Positions 1-13,182 of a DNA stretch of 48,298 nt are shown piece after piece. The stretch spans positions 1 to 48,298 of the forward strand of contig MU054027.1 in NCBI GenBank assembly GCA_013239625.1. The letters run 5' to 3'. The notes below the pieces were generated by a model that was not told where the DNA came from, searched no databases, and saw only the letters and a list, made by a program, of their open reading frames with translations. A program made the position numbers and the translations under genes. Source of the stretch: Lama guanicoe (Eukaryota). How positions within the stretch are numbered: the stretch's first letter is position 1; every line of letters begins with the position of its first letter.

Positions 1-1064
1 CTCTGGGCTTAAACCAACATTGACCAATCATACAAGACACATACAAGACAGAAAACTAGGTCTTTATTACAGCAAGCTATATTTTGTAAAAGAAAGATGG
101 TGTCAACTAAATGCATCTTTTATTGAGGTTAAAAAATTCATCTTTACTTGTAAACCATGAGCACATTCATAATGAAAAACTACTTATATAATGAAAAATA
201 TACCCATTTTCAAAAGTGAAATATACCAGGTTCTCCTGAATAGGTATTTTTGTAATGACTTAAGTTAATTTTTGTTTATTTTTTCTAGAAAAGTCTATAT
301 GACATGACCCTAATATTTTCATAGTACTTTAATACATGAGGAAAATGCTGTATGTTCATACACTAAGTAAACACTCCCTCTGAGGAATTTTCAGTCTCCC
401 ATAAACAGTCTAAAATATCACCCAGTACCAAGAGGAATTCTAAGCAGTTGCAGAAATGAGAAATAGAGCAAAGACTACAGCGTCTATACTACTGTACTCC
501 TGCAATGTGTCTTCCTTCCTTCTTTTCCATCTTCCTCCCTCCCTCCCTTCCTTCTTTTTCTCTCTCTCTCCCTCTCTCTTTTAGTTTACCAGATTGCCTT
601 TAGGGATTTCCAAAACATGATATAAAAATTTATATTTATTATTCACTTACTTCATTGCCCTCCAATTCAAAAAACTCAGACTTCATAGAAACTCTGTACT
701 GTGTCGGTGTGACCATTTGCCACACGCAAGCCTGGAGTGGCTATGGTGCCCTTCAGTTTCATAAGAAGTCTGCCACAGCCGCTAGAAAGAAAGAAGAGGA
801 AAAGGTTTCTCCAAATAAAGTCATCCCCTTCAAAGCACCTTTCAACTGATAATCAAACATCTCAGCATTAAATTTCAACTGTCTTCTGGACTTCTTGAAA
901 TCTAGAAAGTTGCAGTCTCTGTCCTCAGTCTTCAGGACAACTGTTTTAATCATCTGATCCCACTTATTAGGGGTTATTTTGTAGTTTTGGAGCCAAACAG
1001 ATGGTGGCTGGACGACGACATTTTAGATCACTTTAAAGTGGGAGAGCAATATACAGAAAACTGG

Positions 1065-1190
1065 GGGTCAGTTTTATTCTCTTTTAAATGTGTGTAAAAA
1101 TGTCTACTCCACATGGTGGTTGTGTAAATTAGTAAAAAGATTTATGTAAAGCACAATATAGTCTGATGGTAAACATCAGTTGTTTAGTTC
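1065..1190 (+). mobile_element. MIR fragment
   Basis: MIR core-like text (tcagtttt...ggtggttgtgtaaattag...tatgtaaagcac). Confidence 0.5.
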
Positions 1191-1811
1191 CTCAAATGCT
1201 TTTTTCCAAGACAAGCAATTTTTGGAGACAGTTGAGCTAGCAGGCAAGATAAATAGTAAATATGCATAAAAGAGGTGCTATTGACTATACTTTAATTTTT
1301 TAAAAAGGTACAATTTATTTTACCTCTCCTTTTTATTGATAGTGAAATTAGCAAAATTAGGGTATTCAAAAGCAAGTCAGATGAAAAGAACACATACTGT
1401 ACACAGTTCCTGATTAATCCCTGGGGAGTCAAGACTTAGCTAAATAACTGGTCTCTTTAATTGCTTTTTTGGATGTATCTATATGTATGTAAATGTGTGT
1501 ATGTATGTGAACTAATATAAATATCAATATATTTATAAATATACTTTAAAAACTCTATCTGTACTTTTATGTTTTGGGTAAATTTTTATAATGCAAAATA
1601 TTTATTTTTAGGAGACCCACAGAAATAACAGCCACATTATTATTATCTGGTATACAATGTCTTCTGTTTTAAATGTATCACATTTTCTTCATAACTGTGT
1701 GCATTTTATTCCAGTAGAAGAGGGAGGCAGAAAGAGAGAAAGAATGAGAATGAAAGAAAGAAATGGGCAGGGGTTTCGGGCAGGGAACGCCATGCGCAAA
1801 TCCAGCGCTAC

Positions 1812-1930
1812 CTTCACAGGTCCTTTTGTCAGCTTGTAACCAGGCTCACATGAGCACTAGTAACTGCACAGTGTGTTCAGACAATGCGGCTGGCAGCCTC
1901 CACGGTCAGGCTAGGCACACTCATCTTCCC
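1812..1930 (-). pseudogene. TLL1: TLL1 EGF-like exon (disabled)
   Basis: tttgtag|...GAAG|gtagcg. Translates [31 protein letters not shown][7-nt del]DKRTCE vs TLL1 [41 protein letters not shown]. Confidence 0.92.
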
Positions 1931-3800
1931 CTACAAATGTGGCAACAATCAGACAACAGCTAGAATATTTTGTTTTTATAGACTAATGCATAATTTTTTG
2001 AAAATATGATGTGTAATAGCTTTGAATGAAACTGAGACAATTGATTTTTTCAACAAAGGAGCCAGAACAATTTACAAGCCCTTGATGGATGAAATACAAG
2101 AATCCATGTCATCATAATCTAAGAATTGTTTAATAACCAGAAGGACTGGGCCAATAGAAGATCACCTCAGACACAGAATGTGTTTTTTCCTGAACATAAT
2201 GTCAAAGAGGATTATTAAAATTTAGAATGAAATAAAAAACTTACAGAAAAAAAGATTCACCTGTTCACTTCATAGTATAGTTTGCTAGGTAGTCTAATAA
2301 ATGCTTTTAAAGAAATATCATTATAAAGAAATAGATAATGGTGACTAAAAATTAAAAAGAAAGAAAACTTTAAAAAGAAAAATTTAAAGCATGCAGTACT
2401 TTTTTCATATAGACATACTGATCCAGAATATACAATAATCATTTTTTATAAACACATACACTATTTTAATTGTATATGAAAACATGAAACATACATATGA
2501 AATAGACACATGAAAAATATATATTATTTTAAAAAACATATATAACAAAGTACTCCATAATCTCACTCTTTAGGAATAACCTATTGTGAGCTAGGAAAAC
2601 AGCAAAAAATATTCTCTGGAGAAATTATGCATTACCAAAACTCTAAGCATTGTGATAACCCAATATATAAACATTGCATGAGAGACATAGCATGTTTCTT
2701 CTACTGTAAAATGTAACACATAAAGAAGATTCAAAGCATGTAAATGAACATTTTAATGAATACTTTGAATATATACCATAAAAGTGCCATGTTCTCCACC
2801 TTTCAATTCATATAATGAATATCTAAGTAATGCTCAGGGGAAATCTATTATATTGTTGCTCTTTGAATAATAAAAATATCTAGATATTAGTCACACTAAA
2901 ATCTGACATACACAACTGAATCCATCATCTATTCTGTAAAAATCAGTGGAGAGAAAATTTATTTTCTTTTCCCATAAAATAATCTTATTCTACAATAACA
3001 CACTTCCTAAGTGCCTAGGAATTTTCTAAATGCAAATCTGGTATTATTTTCACTAACACAGATTTCTTTTTAACTCAGAAATACACACCAAACATGGGAC
3101 ACGAAAATAAACTAAAATTTGGTTATGCAATTCAAAATTAAAGCTGATTGCTAATCATTATTTGTCAAAAAGTCATTTTAGGTATCAGAATTTTCCACTA
3201 AGGAGTGTAAATTATTTCTAATGTGGTGGAATGCTCTTCTCTAAGGGATGGTTTAGNNNNNNNNNNNNNNNNNNNNNNNNNNNNNNNNNNNNNNNNNNNN
3301 NNNNNNNNNNNNNNNNNNNNNNNNNNNNNNNNNNNNNNNNNNNNNNNNNNNNNNNNNNNNNNNNNNNNNNNNNNNNNNNNNNNNNNNNNNNNNNNNNNNN
3401 NNNNNNNNNNNNNNNNNNNNNNNNNNNNNNNNNNNNNNNNNNNNNNNNNNNNNNNNNNNNNNNNNNNNNNNNNNNNNNNNNNNNNNNNNNNNNNNNGAAC
3501 CCTTTGTACACTGCAAGTATTTCCCTCCTGCAGGTATATCCCTTTCTGGATTTTGCTCTTCTGGCTATTTCATAAAAAACAGATGGCAGATTATCCTAAT
3601 GGAGTTCCTACACTGTGCTATAAAGCTCCAAATTTCACTATTTTACCAATAAGCTTTTCCATCAAAAACCATCAAAATATCCTTATGAAGATACTTCAAC
3701 GTTCAAAATTACTTTACTCTAGTTCTCCCCTAATTCAAAGTTAAATATCACATTTATTCTAGAGATAGAAAAGCTTACACTTTACATTATTTCAAAATAC

Positions 3801-3990
3801 ATTTTTAAAAAATTGGCAGCAAACCCTGCTGTGTTCCATCAGAAACAAACTTCATCCATAAGGTATTGGAGGTAGATCTGATATCTTTAGGTTTATTATA
3901 ACCACCAAAACACCCTATCAAAGGGCTATTTTCACTGGTTCCATCTTGAACTTCTAGGTAGTCATAGGCACAATTATCATGCCTTTCAAT
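3801..3990 (-). pseudogene. TLL1: TLL1 CUB2 second exon (disabled)
   Basis: ttgcag|[53 protein letters not shown], then a 7-nt deletion giving TAA at 3805-3807. The conserved RFCG is changed to CFGG. Confidence 0.93.
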
Positions 3991-5224
3991 CTGCAACAGT
4001 AAACATATGTGAAGATCTATCTCATTAATAGATAAAACAATTTCTATGGAAAGAACATTATGCGTTCTCAGTGCCATAATATTGACCTGGCCAGGGAACA
4101 AATGACATATACCAAATGAGAGTGTTTCTGATGAGGGTGCCTGGTAATACCTACACTATCTATGAATAAAGATTGTATTAATCTGGTAGACACAGTGGGA
4201 AAAAATCTATGAAAAAGTGCATCCACATGCTTTAGAATCAACAGAAGCTAACCACCTTTTAAAATAAAATAAAAATACAAGAAGTAATTCTTTGGAAAAC
4301 AGAATTCAAGAAAATTCAGACTTAAAATTATCATTAGATATCTGGGCTAGATATGCTATTTTATCATAGTTCAGCAACAAAGCCAGAATTTTATTAATAG
4401 AGAAACTGAATTCAAAATATTGTAGTTTTAGTTTATGTATCTCTTTTGAAGGCAAATTTGATAACATGGGATTACATATTTTTCTAGTCTATGGAATTCT
4501 TTATTTGTAGTTAGCATAGCTGTGTGTGAGAAGACTCGTCCACTGCAGAACCAGCACTGGATCCCCGCCTCAGGGTAATGGGGCTTATTTAGATGAGCCC
4601 TTTTACCTTAACACATCCCACTCAACCTGTGCAACTTGGAACTCAGTCTCCTTCTTAAACAATTAAAATGCAAATATTAGCTCAGGCTATTGGTCTATAA
4701 AACTTTATAAAGAAGTGCATGTTCATGGACCTGTGTTTCAGCCTTGAACTTCTACAAACAAATCAAAATTTATACATTGTTCTACAGATCACAAGACCAT
4801 TTCAAAATAAATTCTTGCTTTTTATGTTTTCATAGGAAATGGGCACGAGCCCTGAAGTCTTAACAGAGTCAATTACTTATTAGGCATCTGAAGCCAGAAA
4901 GCACTGACATCTGTAATTAATAAACCATGAACAATATTACATCTCATCAACCATCATTCAACATACAATTCACTAAATTATGGGATTCTCCTAGTACAAA
5001 AAGAATGTCAAGAAACACGTTCATTCCATGAACTAAAACCTGTATGCCAGCCTGAAACTTACAGTTGGGTGAAGATCCATTTCCTGATCTGTGAATATAT
5101 TAACAATTACAGTCTTCAAATTAGGCAGCAGAAGAACAAACAGACAAAAACAGATTCTGAAGCAGATTTGATTAAAACTAAGTACTGCCTTTGCTGCTGC
5201 CCTTTTCCCAATCACAAATCAGGA

Positions 5225-5520
5225 TTCATTCATTCCTTCATCAAATATTCAGTGCCTGTTCTCTGCTGGGCACCCCTCCTAATGTAGTATGTGTTGTCCT
5301 GCCAAATAACAAAGAACCTCACCCTCCTGGAGCTTATCCTGGTGGGAAAACAACGAAGAAACAATAAACAGGGTAAATAATAATCATAAAATACAAGAAA
5401 GCAATACATTCTATGGAAAGATACAACATGAAACAAGATAGGAAATATGAGAAGCAGATGCAGGGAGTTAAGGTTGCAATTTTGAATTATAGTATCAGTA
5501 GGAAGTCACTGTGACTCATA
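5225..5520 (-). mobile_element. L2 LINE 3' fragment
   Basis: attcattcattcc...aaatattcagtgcct...accctcctggagctta, typical of the antisense L2 3' end. Confidence 0.6.
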
Positions 5521-5630
5521 AATATAGATTGTTTTCCTAAAAAATGTATTCTGTACGTGTGGAATTATGAGAAAGAATTGGAAAATATTTAACATTAAAA
5601 ATATCTCATTTTAAAAGCATATTTAAACAG

Positions 5631-5820
5631 GGAGATGAGAGCGAGCTAGCAGTCCCACTGGTAATGAAATGTCACCAGGGATGGCAAGGGCCAGCTGACC
5701 AGCTATAGACAGACCTTCTTCTCTCAGTCCTTAATATACTCCCTTCAAAATCAGAGGTCTCTATAAATATGAGAACACTTTCAGATGACCAAAGGCTATT
5801 CTCTGGTCAAGGGGACATAT
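5631..5820 (+). pseudogene. Ancient 3'-truncated 7SK RNA retrocopy
   Basis: Colinear blocks match 7SK nt ~1-195: ggagatgagagcgagctagc ~ GGATGTGAGGGCGATCTGGC; caccaggg ~ CGCCAGGG; ccttcttctctca ~ CCTTCCTCCCTCA; tctggtcaagggg ~ TTCGGTCAAGGGT. Confidence 0.65.
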
Positions 5821-7647
5821 AAAATAACATCTAAAACTCTTACGGTATAGAGCCTGGTAAAAGCATAAAGAGAACTGAACTAGTGATGAAAGTGCAGGGA
5901 AAATAACCAAAGGTCTCAGTCAGCCAACGTTTCTTCAGCTGCCTGAGCAGCACAGAATGAACTGCTCCCAACTCATGAATCACACTGGAAGAGGCAGGAG
6001 AGGCTAAGTTCAAAGAGGAAAGAAAGTGAGAACACACAATGAAGAAAAGATGCTTGCCACAGAAGGTCAATTAGTAAAATAAAATCACAGTGCTTCATAC
6101 TAGGAGCCATACCAGGCAAAAAAATAAGGAGGTTAATTTAAAAAGATTTTAAATGACTATTTTGAAGAAATCACTGCTTAAAAAATTACAGTACAAAGAA
6201 AACAGGATACAAATTATTGAAAAAATTACATTTCTTCAATGATTAAAGAGAAACAGGATAATGGATATTTCCCCATATATAAAACTCACTCTGTCCCTTT
6301 GATAGTTACACTGTAGATCTCTTTAAATTTTAATTTATAACATATTCACTGCTTACTTGGTAAAAGTTAGAGGTTCAAATATTTTATATGACATAAAAAG
6401 TATAAATATCTCATGGGTAAGTGCATAAAAAAATGACCAATTTTAGGATTAATTCCATCAGTATCTGTTTATGAATTACCTATTAGTTACATATTAAGTA
6501 TAATGCACCTGGTATTAGGGGTAACACAATAGAAATACACACTATATTCCCATAAGTAAATGTCATTGTTGTTGACATAGGATATCAATGACCTCAATGA
6601 TATTTGTTTACATATTTTTTCCAGTGTAATTGAAGTAATCCTAATTGCAAAGTCAGCACAATAAATCTGCTCTATTGGTGTTAAAATTATACCTCTTCAA
6701 TTATATTTACACAACAGTAATGATGGTGAGCACAAATGAGAGCTTGAGTTATTCTATTTGTTATTTGTATAACGTTTTCTACAACTGAATCAATTACTTT
6801 ATCAATTAGTATTCAGAATAGATAGAAATAAATATGGTTGAAGCTAAAAAGTGGGTAAGTCCATTAATGTTATGCTAGTAACCTTAAGAACTAAGAGAAA
6901 AAACACCAAAGTCAATGGTTCACAAAAACAAAGAAAGAAAAGCAGTTTCTTCTTGATTTAAAGCATGGACACAGTTCATAGATCTGGGACCTGAACTCAA
7001 TGTCACACACAATTATACATGTAATAAATGTTTTGATACTGATGATGCTGGTTTATTATAGACTTTAAGGTAATCAGAGCGTAAAACATATAGCAGTGTG
7101 GCAAGTTTATCATAATATAAACAGATCTCATATGTATATAGAGAAAACAGTGAAAGGGATAGTAAGCTGTGAAGATCTTTTTGGAAACTGATTTATAAAT
7201 GACAATGGAAGTAGATCTAAATACACAAAAGTACAAAGATTAGCCGGAAGGAATTAATACTACATTTCATTGCTAAGTGGGGGCTCATGCCTTTTACTGG
7301 CAGGTTAGAGAGGAAGCATGGAAAGCTGAGTGATTTTATTTAGCAAGAACTAAAATCAATTAAATGTAACCTGAAGTAGTCAGCCTTTCAATCTAACACT
7401 GCCAAGCAGTGCAGAGCTTTGTGGCCAGTGTGTGGGGGTGAGCCCTGACACTACAGGAAAGTCTGCCCTGGAGCAAGAGACCAGGCCCAGGGTTAGGAGC
7501 CATTCACACACTTTGCCTTTATTTTATAATCAAATTTCCAACTGTAACATTGCAAAATCATCTACTGCGATATCTAGATGTTTGTAAAAACCTCTCAAAA
7601 CTCCAAAACTTGTAAGTAATAGTTTCAGTAAAAGCTCTCTCATACTC

Positions 7648-8222
7648 TGAAAAATTGAAAATAAAATTACCATATGGTTCAGCAATTCCACTTCTGGGTA
7701 TATATTTTAAAAATTGAAAGCAGGGTCTTGGAGAGAGATTTGTATATCCACATTCATACCAGCATTATTCATAACAGCCAAGAGGTGGAAGAAACCCAAA
7801 TGTCCATCAGTGGGTGAGTGGATAAGCAAAATATGGTATATACATAATGGAGTATTAGCCTTAAAAAGGAAGGCAATCCTTTCATGTGCTACAGCATCCA
7901 AGGGCCTTGAGGATATTACACTAAGTGCAATTTTTAAAAGTCACCAAAAAAGTTAAGTATTGTGATTCCACTTACATGAGGTACCCAAGAGTAGTCAACT
8001 TCAAAGAGAAATAAAGCAGAAGTGTGATCACCAGGGGCTGGGGGGGAGAGGGAACGGGGAATAGTTGCTTACTGGGCAAGGAGTTTCAGCTTTGCAGATG
8101 AAAAGTCTTCTTGAGGTTGACTGCACAACAGTGTGAGTGTACTTAACACTACTGTGTCGTACACTTAAAAAATAGTTAAGATGGTAAATTTTCTGTCATG
8201 TCTATTTTTACCATAATAAAAA
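7648..8222 (+). mobile_element. Old L1 (L1MB-like) 3' end
   Basis: ORF2 C-terminal/3'UTR text (cagcaattccacttctgggtatat...aaatgtccatca...gatggtaaatttt...aataaa). Confidence 0.85.
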
Positions 8223-8754
8223 TACTGTCTTCTATGACTGCTGGAATGCAATTTCAAAATATAATGAATGCTACCAACTACAAAAATGATTAAACTTTTA
8301 TAGATAATGTAGCTTAAAATTTTATACACTTGGAATAATTTTTAAATCATTATTTTTTGCTTTGGGGAAAATATTAAAGAAAAGTATGACTAACAAAAAA
8401 CAATCTAGATTAGCATTTATTATTAAAAATAAATCAATTTTAATATAGGAAAATACAGTAAAGTCAAAGTAATAATGCTATTGTTAAAAGGAATTTTGAA
8501 AAAAGGAAAAAAGTTGAATAGATAATCATTTTCAGATATACCAGTATAATATTTAATTTTTTATTACTTATTTTTACTATTTAACAAATATTGATACATA
8601 TGTAACTACAGCTCAGACATGGAGGAGAAAAAACAAATATGCACAACCATGTGAAAATCAAAACCACGAGTCTGGGTTAGGTCTATTTTCATATGATTCT
8701 GGTTTTTCAATGTTGCCATTTGATTTTTTTCCTTCATGACACAATTATTTTTAA

Positions 8755-8945
8755 CTCACTCATAAATTTAATAAATATTTACTGAAAATCTATTGCCGGC
8801 TAATATATACTTGATAGTGTATGAACAGTGATGAATAACCAGACACGTCCCTGACTGACATTCAGTGATCAAACAATACAAATGTACAAATGACAGTACT
8901 TATGAAGGGAATAAATTTAATGCCATGAGAGAATACAGATGCCTC
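8755..8945 (-). mobile_element. L2 fragment
   Basis: tttaataaatatttactga...cagacacgtccctg pattern of the antisense L2 3' end. Confidence 0.5.
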
Positions 8946-9302
8946 ACTTTGCGACCAAGACCTGGGTGCAGGAGTGCCAGGCCATGAAACTGGTTTCAAT
9001 CACAGAGCTACCAATAATTATGCAAGCTTGGGAAAGTTTATTTGATCTAATCTTTCAGAGTAGAACGGTAACCTAAACTGTAATTCTGAAGAGATACTTC
9101 TCTTTTATTGTCATCAGCCAATATATATTCGTAGCCAAATATCCAAAAATAGGACAGGGAAAGCATAAAAATTTTAACTAATTAAGATCTCCTTGTTCTG
9201 GCTTCCTAGTTCATTCACAAAGACTAGTCTACTTAACTTTAAGTAATGCAAAACACTTAACGAAATTAAAGGATTACATTTAATCAGGTAATTCAAAAGG
9301 TA

Positions 9303-9584
9303 CAGTTGACCCTTGAACAATGTTGGAGTGAGGGGTGCCAAGCTGGTGCAGTTGAAAAACAAATAAATTGATAAATGGCTTATCCAAGGGAAGGAGGCTG
9401 AAATGGTCTGGAAAGATTCACCACTCAAACCCTAGTTCTTTTGATTCCATATATCGTGATCTCTAATCAAACAAAAACTCTTCCCCACACTTAAAGAAAA
9501 TGAAAATATCAGGTACTATGCTTTTTTTTAAATCCACATAAAAGTGGATCTCTGTTGAACCTGTGTTGTTCAAAGGGTCAATGG
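9303..9584 (-). mobile_element. Tigger2-family (Tc1/mariner) MITE
   Basis: TIRs cagttgacccttgaacaa (9303) and ttgttcaaagggtcaatgg (ending 9584), flanked by TA on both sides. Confidence 0.8.
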
Positions 9585-9600
9585 TACCATGATAAAAATT

Positions 9601-10050
9601 TGGGGGTAAGATGGCCAAGATAGCAGAGTAGGACTCATAGCTCACGCTCTCTTGTGAGTACACCAAAACTACATCTGAATAAGGAACCCTCACAGAATAC
9701 ATACTGAAATTTGGCAGAATATCTTACAATGGGAAATAAAAGGTACTCCTCACAAAACCAGGTAGAAAAAAAAAGAAATTGGGGTGGGACCTGTCCCCTG
9801 GGGGAGGGAGCAGCAAAGGAGGAGAAGCACCCTCCCCTGGGAAGCCCCTTGTCCTGTGGGGAGGTCCACTGGGACAGAAAGGGGGCTGGAGCCTTGGAGG
9901 AGACCACAGCAGCCCCTTGGAGGCAGCTGAGAGCAACGTAGGGTCTGTGAGACCCCGAACCCAAGGCTGGAGCTGGCGGGGTCAGGCTGGGACTGGGGGT
10001 TGGAGCTGGGGCTTCCAGGGATGAACCCTGGAAGAGGACTGGACACAGGC
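9601..10050 (+). mobile_element. Isolated L1 5'UTR fragment
   Basis: Starts ggggtaagatggccaagatagcagagtag and continues gggagggagcagcaaaggaggagaag...gggaagcccctt, resembling cetartiodactyl L1 5'UTR. No ORF1 follows. Confidence 0.65.
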
Positions 10051-10616
10051 CTCTGACTGGCCTTTGGTTTATTCTGCCCTCACCTAATAATGCAATGTTG
10101 GTGCTGAGCTCTTTCTCAATAAATATTTTTGATGAAGTCAAAAGCTCCTAAGGATATTTAAATCTCTATTTCTGATATAAACAATTTCCTGCATAATGAT
10201 AAAAAATGAAAAATGGATTTCCCCCAACAACAACAACAAAGGACAATCTAACTTTTGACCTCTTAGTTTAGAAGAGAAATAAAAGTTTTCTTATTTAATG
10301 GACCCTTCAAGTATCCTTTGTGAAACAAGCCTGGGCATTTGTTAAAGGAAACAGTTGTCAGGGCTTCAAACATTCTAATTCAACAAGCACAGATAATGTA
10401 AATTCACTTTAATCTTCTTGAAAATGTCTGCAGTAAGAGGAAAAAAGAAAAAAGAACCCTCCTCGCTCTTGACGTTACATTTTATAGGCAATCTGTTGCG
10501 TCTTCGCTGATTAAAAAGCTGCTTCTCTAGTTCTTTGCTTCTTTAATGAGGATCCCCTTAAATGTACAGTCATTTATGGAGGATGTGCCCTGGGAAGGCT
10601 GCCTGAGGGACTTGAC

Positions 10617-10762
10617 CTCAAAGGCCTGAAATGTCGGCTTGACGTAGCAGCCTTCTGTCACTGCTGTTTTCCATACACGCTCTTTCTTGGGCCTGTAGTC
10701 ATCAGGCTAGTTAGAAGAATGAATGTGTCCTTCATTTTTATGTATCTCACCTCCACAGATAG
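10617..10762 (-). pseudogene. TLL1: TLL1 CUB2 first exon (disabled)
   Basis: ttcctcag|[48 protein letters not shown]|gtcaag, 146 nt. In-frame TAG; conserved Cys changed to Arg. Confidence 0.92.
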
Positions 10763-11931
10763 CTGAGGAAAGCCAAAAGAAACAAGTAAATAAACCCAGA
10801 CATGCATTTTCATTTTCTTCTAAGGTAACATTTTAGTTCCATGCCTGTAGCTGAGTACCTACAGACCAGGTTAGAAACATCAAGGTTGGCTGGTTGTAAA
10901 TATTTAGTTGGCAAAAAAAAAAACCCAAACAAACAAACAAACAAACAAAACAGCCTAACCACTCAAATATAAACAATAGGCAATAGTCAACAGAGGAGTA
11001 ACCACTGTTAATTCACATCTTTACAAAAACAAGCATTTTTTGGTTTACTTTTAAAAAACTTTCAGAGATTCTGTAAATTTCTTCTGTGTGAGTTTGTTCT
11101 GTGACTCCCTGAACTGCTTCTTTTGGTCTTTCAACCTCAGGTGAAGTTGCTGCACAGAACTCCCTGGGCCTCTGGCCCTGAGCAGGCCTTGTGCTCAACA
11201 TCCATGGCTCCATCCAAACCAGCCTCTTCACTGCCACCCAGTTAATCTCGAACACAAATGCCTCTGTTCTCTTAAAAGTCTAAGGGAAGAAGAAATCTTC
11301 CGTCTTTTAAATCATCTTAATTTAGATAAGATAAATTATCCAGGCCGAGGCAGGAGCAAGAAGGGTCTTCTCCACCCATGACCTGGCAAGAAGGGAGCTG
11401 TTTTTAAAGCCAGGAAGCACGATGCCAGTTTCTTGTTTAAAAGATGTATAGAGTGAACCATCTAGGAAATTCTTCTTGAATGCCTGTGCTCTCATTGAGA
11501 CAAAGCCCCAGAACCGTGCAGTTTCTAGTAGTACAGGTACTTCAGTAGTACAGGCGTCAAACTCACACCAGCTCAGTAAAGGGAAGTGGCTATTTCTTCA
11601 TATTTTAATACTACCATGAAAACACAGCTGAAGTCTAACAACTCTTGTACGATTTGTTGCCGTTTCCCACACATCCCTGATGAGTTTTCCCCCACACTTC
11701 CTGGATGAGTACATTTTTGCTACTACATTACATTACTGGTACCAGAAAACAGGCTGTTCTTGGGATTTAAATTTACCAGGGATTTTTATGAAAATCATCC
11801 TGATAAACATTATAATACAGGTTTAGAAAACTTCATAATTAAAATAAGATCATTCTAAGGAAAGTGAGAGAAAGGACACTTCTGTTAAGAGATCTAAGGG
11901 GAAGTCACCTGTAAAACTCAGTGTGACCTGC

Positions 11932-12048
11932 CTTTGCAGGCAGCTGCAAACCCCTGTCCCACCCAGTTACTGCTGCTGCGAAGCTCAGCCCACATTCTGC
12001 TGCCTGCAGAGGTAAGAGCTTCAGGCAATGTGTCCCCACAGAATCTAC
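11932..12048 (-). pseudogene. TLL1: TLL1 CUB1 last exon
   Basis: tttag|[39 protein letters not shown]|gcagg, 117 nt. Frame is open but has many substitutions; GC donor. Confidence 0.92.
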
Positions 12049-12822
12049 CTAAAAGAAATAAAAGAATAAAGAGAGCCTCCTAAATGTGACTCTATATTCT
12101 AACTGCTTTCCGCTTAGCTACAAATTAAATACATAAAACCTGATTTGGTTCCTATCTCTACCCCCAGTACTAGAGCCATGACCATTACCAAAACACATCA
12201 CCCTGACATGACCAAATGAAAAAGAGTTTATGAAATGTTTTCTTTGGAACATACATACGTATATTACAAATGGCTTCAGCTAGGCTAAGAAACAATGTTC
12301 AAGACAGTATTTTCCTCGACCTGACTTATCAATTAGATCAGGTCCTTATTTTTCCTTATTTTTAAGCATTTCTAGAGATCTCTTGGACTTATTAAGACCA
12401 CTGTCACCTTTAATACAACAGTGTCCATTCAGCAGGTTTTAGATGTTAAGAAAAAAAGGTCTGTATGGCACATAGACATAATTGAGCAAAGCTACTTCAA
12501 AAATAAAGGAAAAGATACAATCTCAAAAAAAAATTCAATAGAGTAGATGCTCTGACACTCAAGCAGCTCTCACCTTTAAGTAAAACTGAGGGCAACAGTA
12601 AAGTGCCTCATGCAAGCTAATGCTGTGGTCTGTGGTTACATGTTGGCAGCAGACTTTTGTAAGCACCAAATCTGAGCTATAACTTATGACACAAAATATA
12701 ATTTCTCAGCCACAAAAAGCCTGCAACACCGTGACATCTTCAGTAAGAGCCAACACCTTTGGTTTAGGAAGCCAGTGACCAAATGTGTTCCTAACAGCTC
12801 ATGCTCTACTGTCTTAGCAAAC

Positions 12823-12826
<4 letters not shown>

Positions 12827-12860
<34 letters not shown>
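12827..12860. repeat. (CA)17 microsatellite
   Basis: Perfect CA run. Confidence 0.97.
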
Positions 12861-12862
<2 letters not shown>

Positions 12863-13182
12863 TTATCTGGTTTTCTCATTAAAACTCTGATATTTAAATT
12901 AAAAACACAGAGACATGTGATGAGTAGTCACTAAAAGCTTAATGCATGCGAAAGCTATTCTAAACCAGTATGTTCAGATAGAAGCACCATCTCATAATTT
13001 AAGCTACTTTAAATCAATCATCTATTTATCCATCTGTATTTTTGCTGTGGTTGGAAAAAGGCATAATACAAATGAAAATGTTAGTCTCATACATTTTAAA
13101 CTCTGAGATGACTCTTGAAAGAACTGTCTTCAGACAGGACAGACCATATGCACAGCCACAGAAGGGGCGAATCATCTCTTAG

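Noticed and set aside
3218..3744. Long ORFs crossing N runs (also 13787-13978, 24227-25147, 37410-37878)
   Set aside because: Their length is an artefact of assembly gaps; the recognisable parts are L1 ORF2 remnants or intron.
9635..10141. 168-aa and overlapping ORFs
   Set aside because: They lie in the GC-rich L1 5'UTR-like block and show no recognisable protein.
11013..11255. 80-aa ORF between TLL1 exons
   Set aside because: Intronic, with no TLL1 homology and no convincing splice signals.
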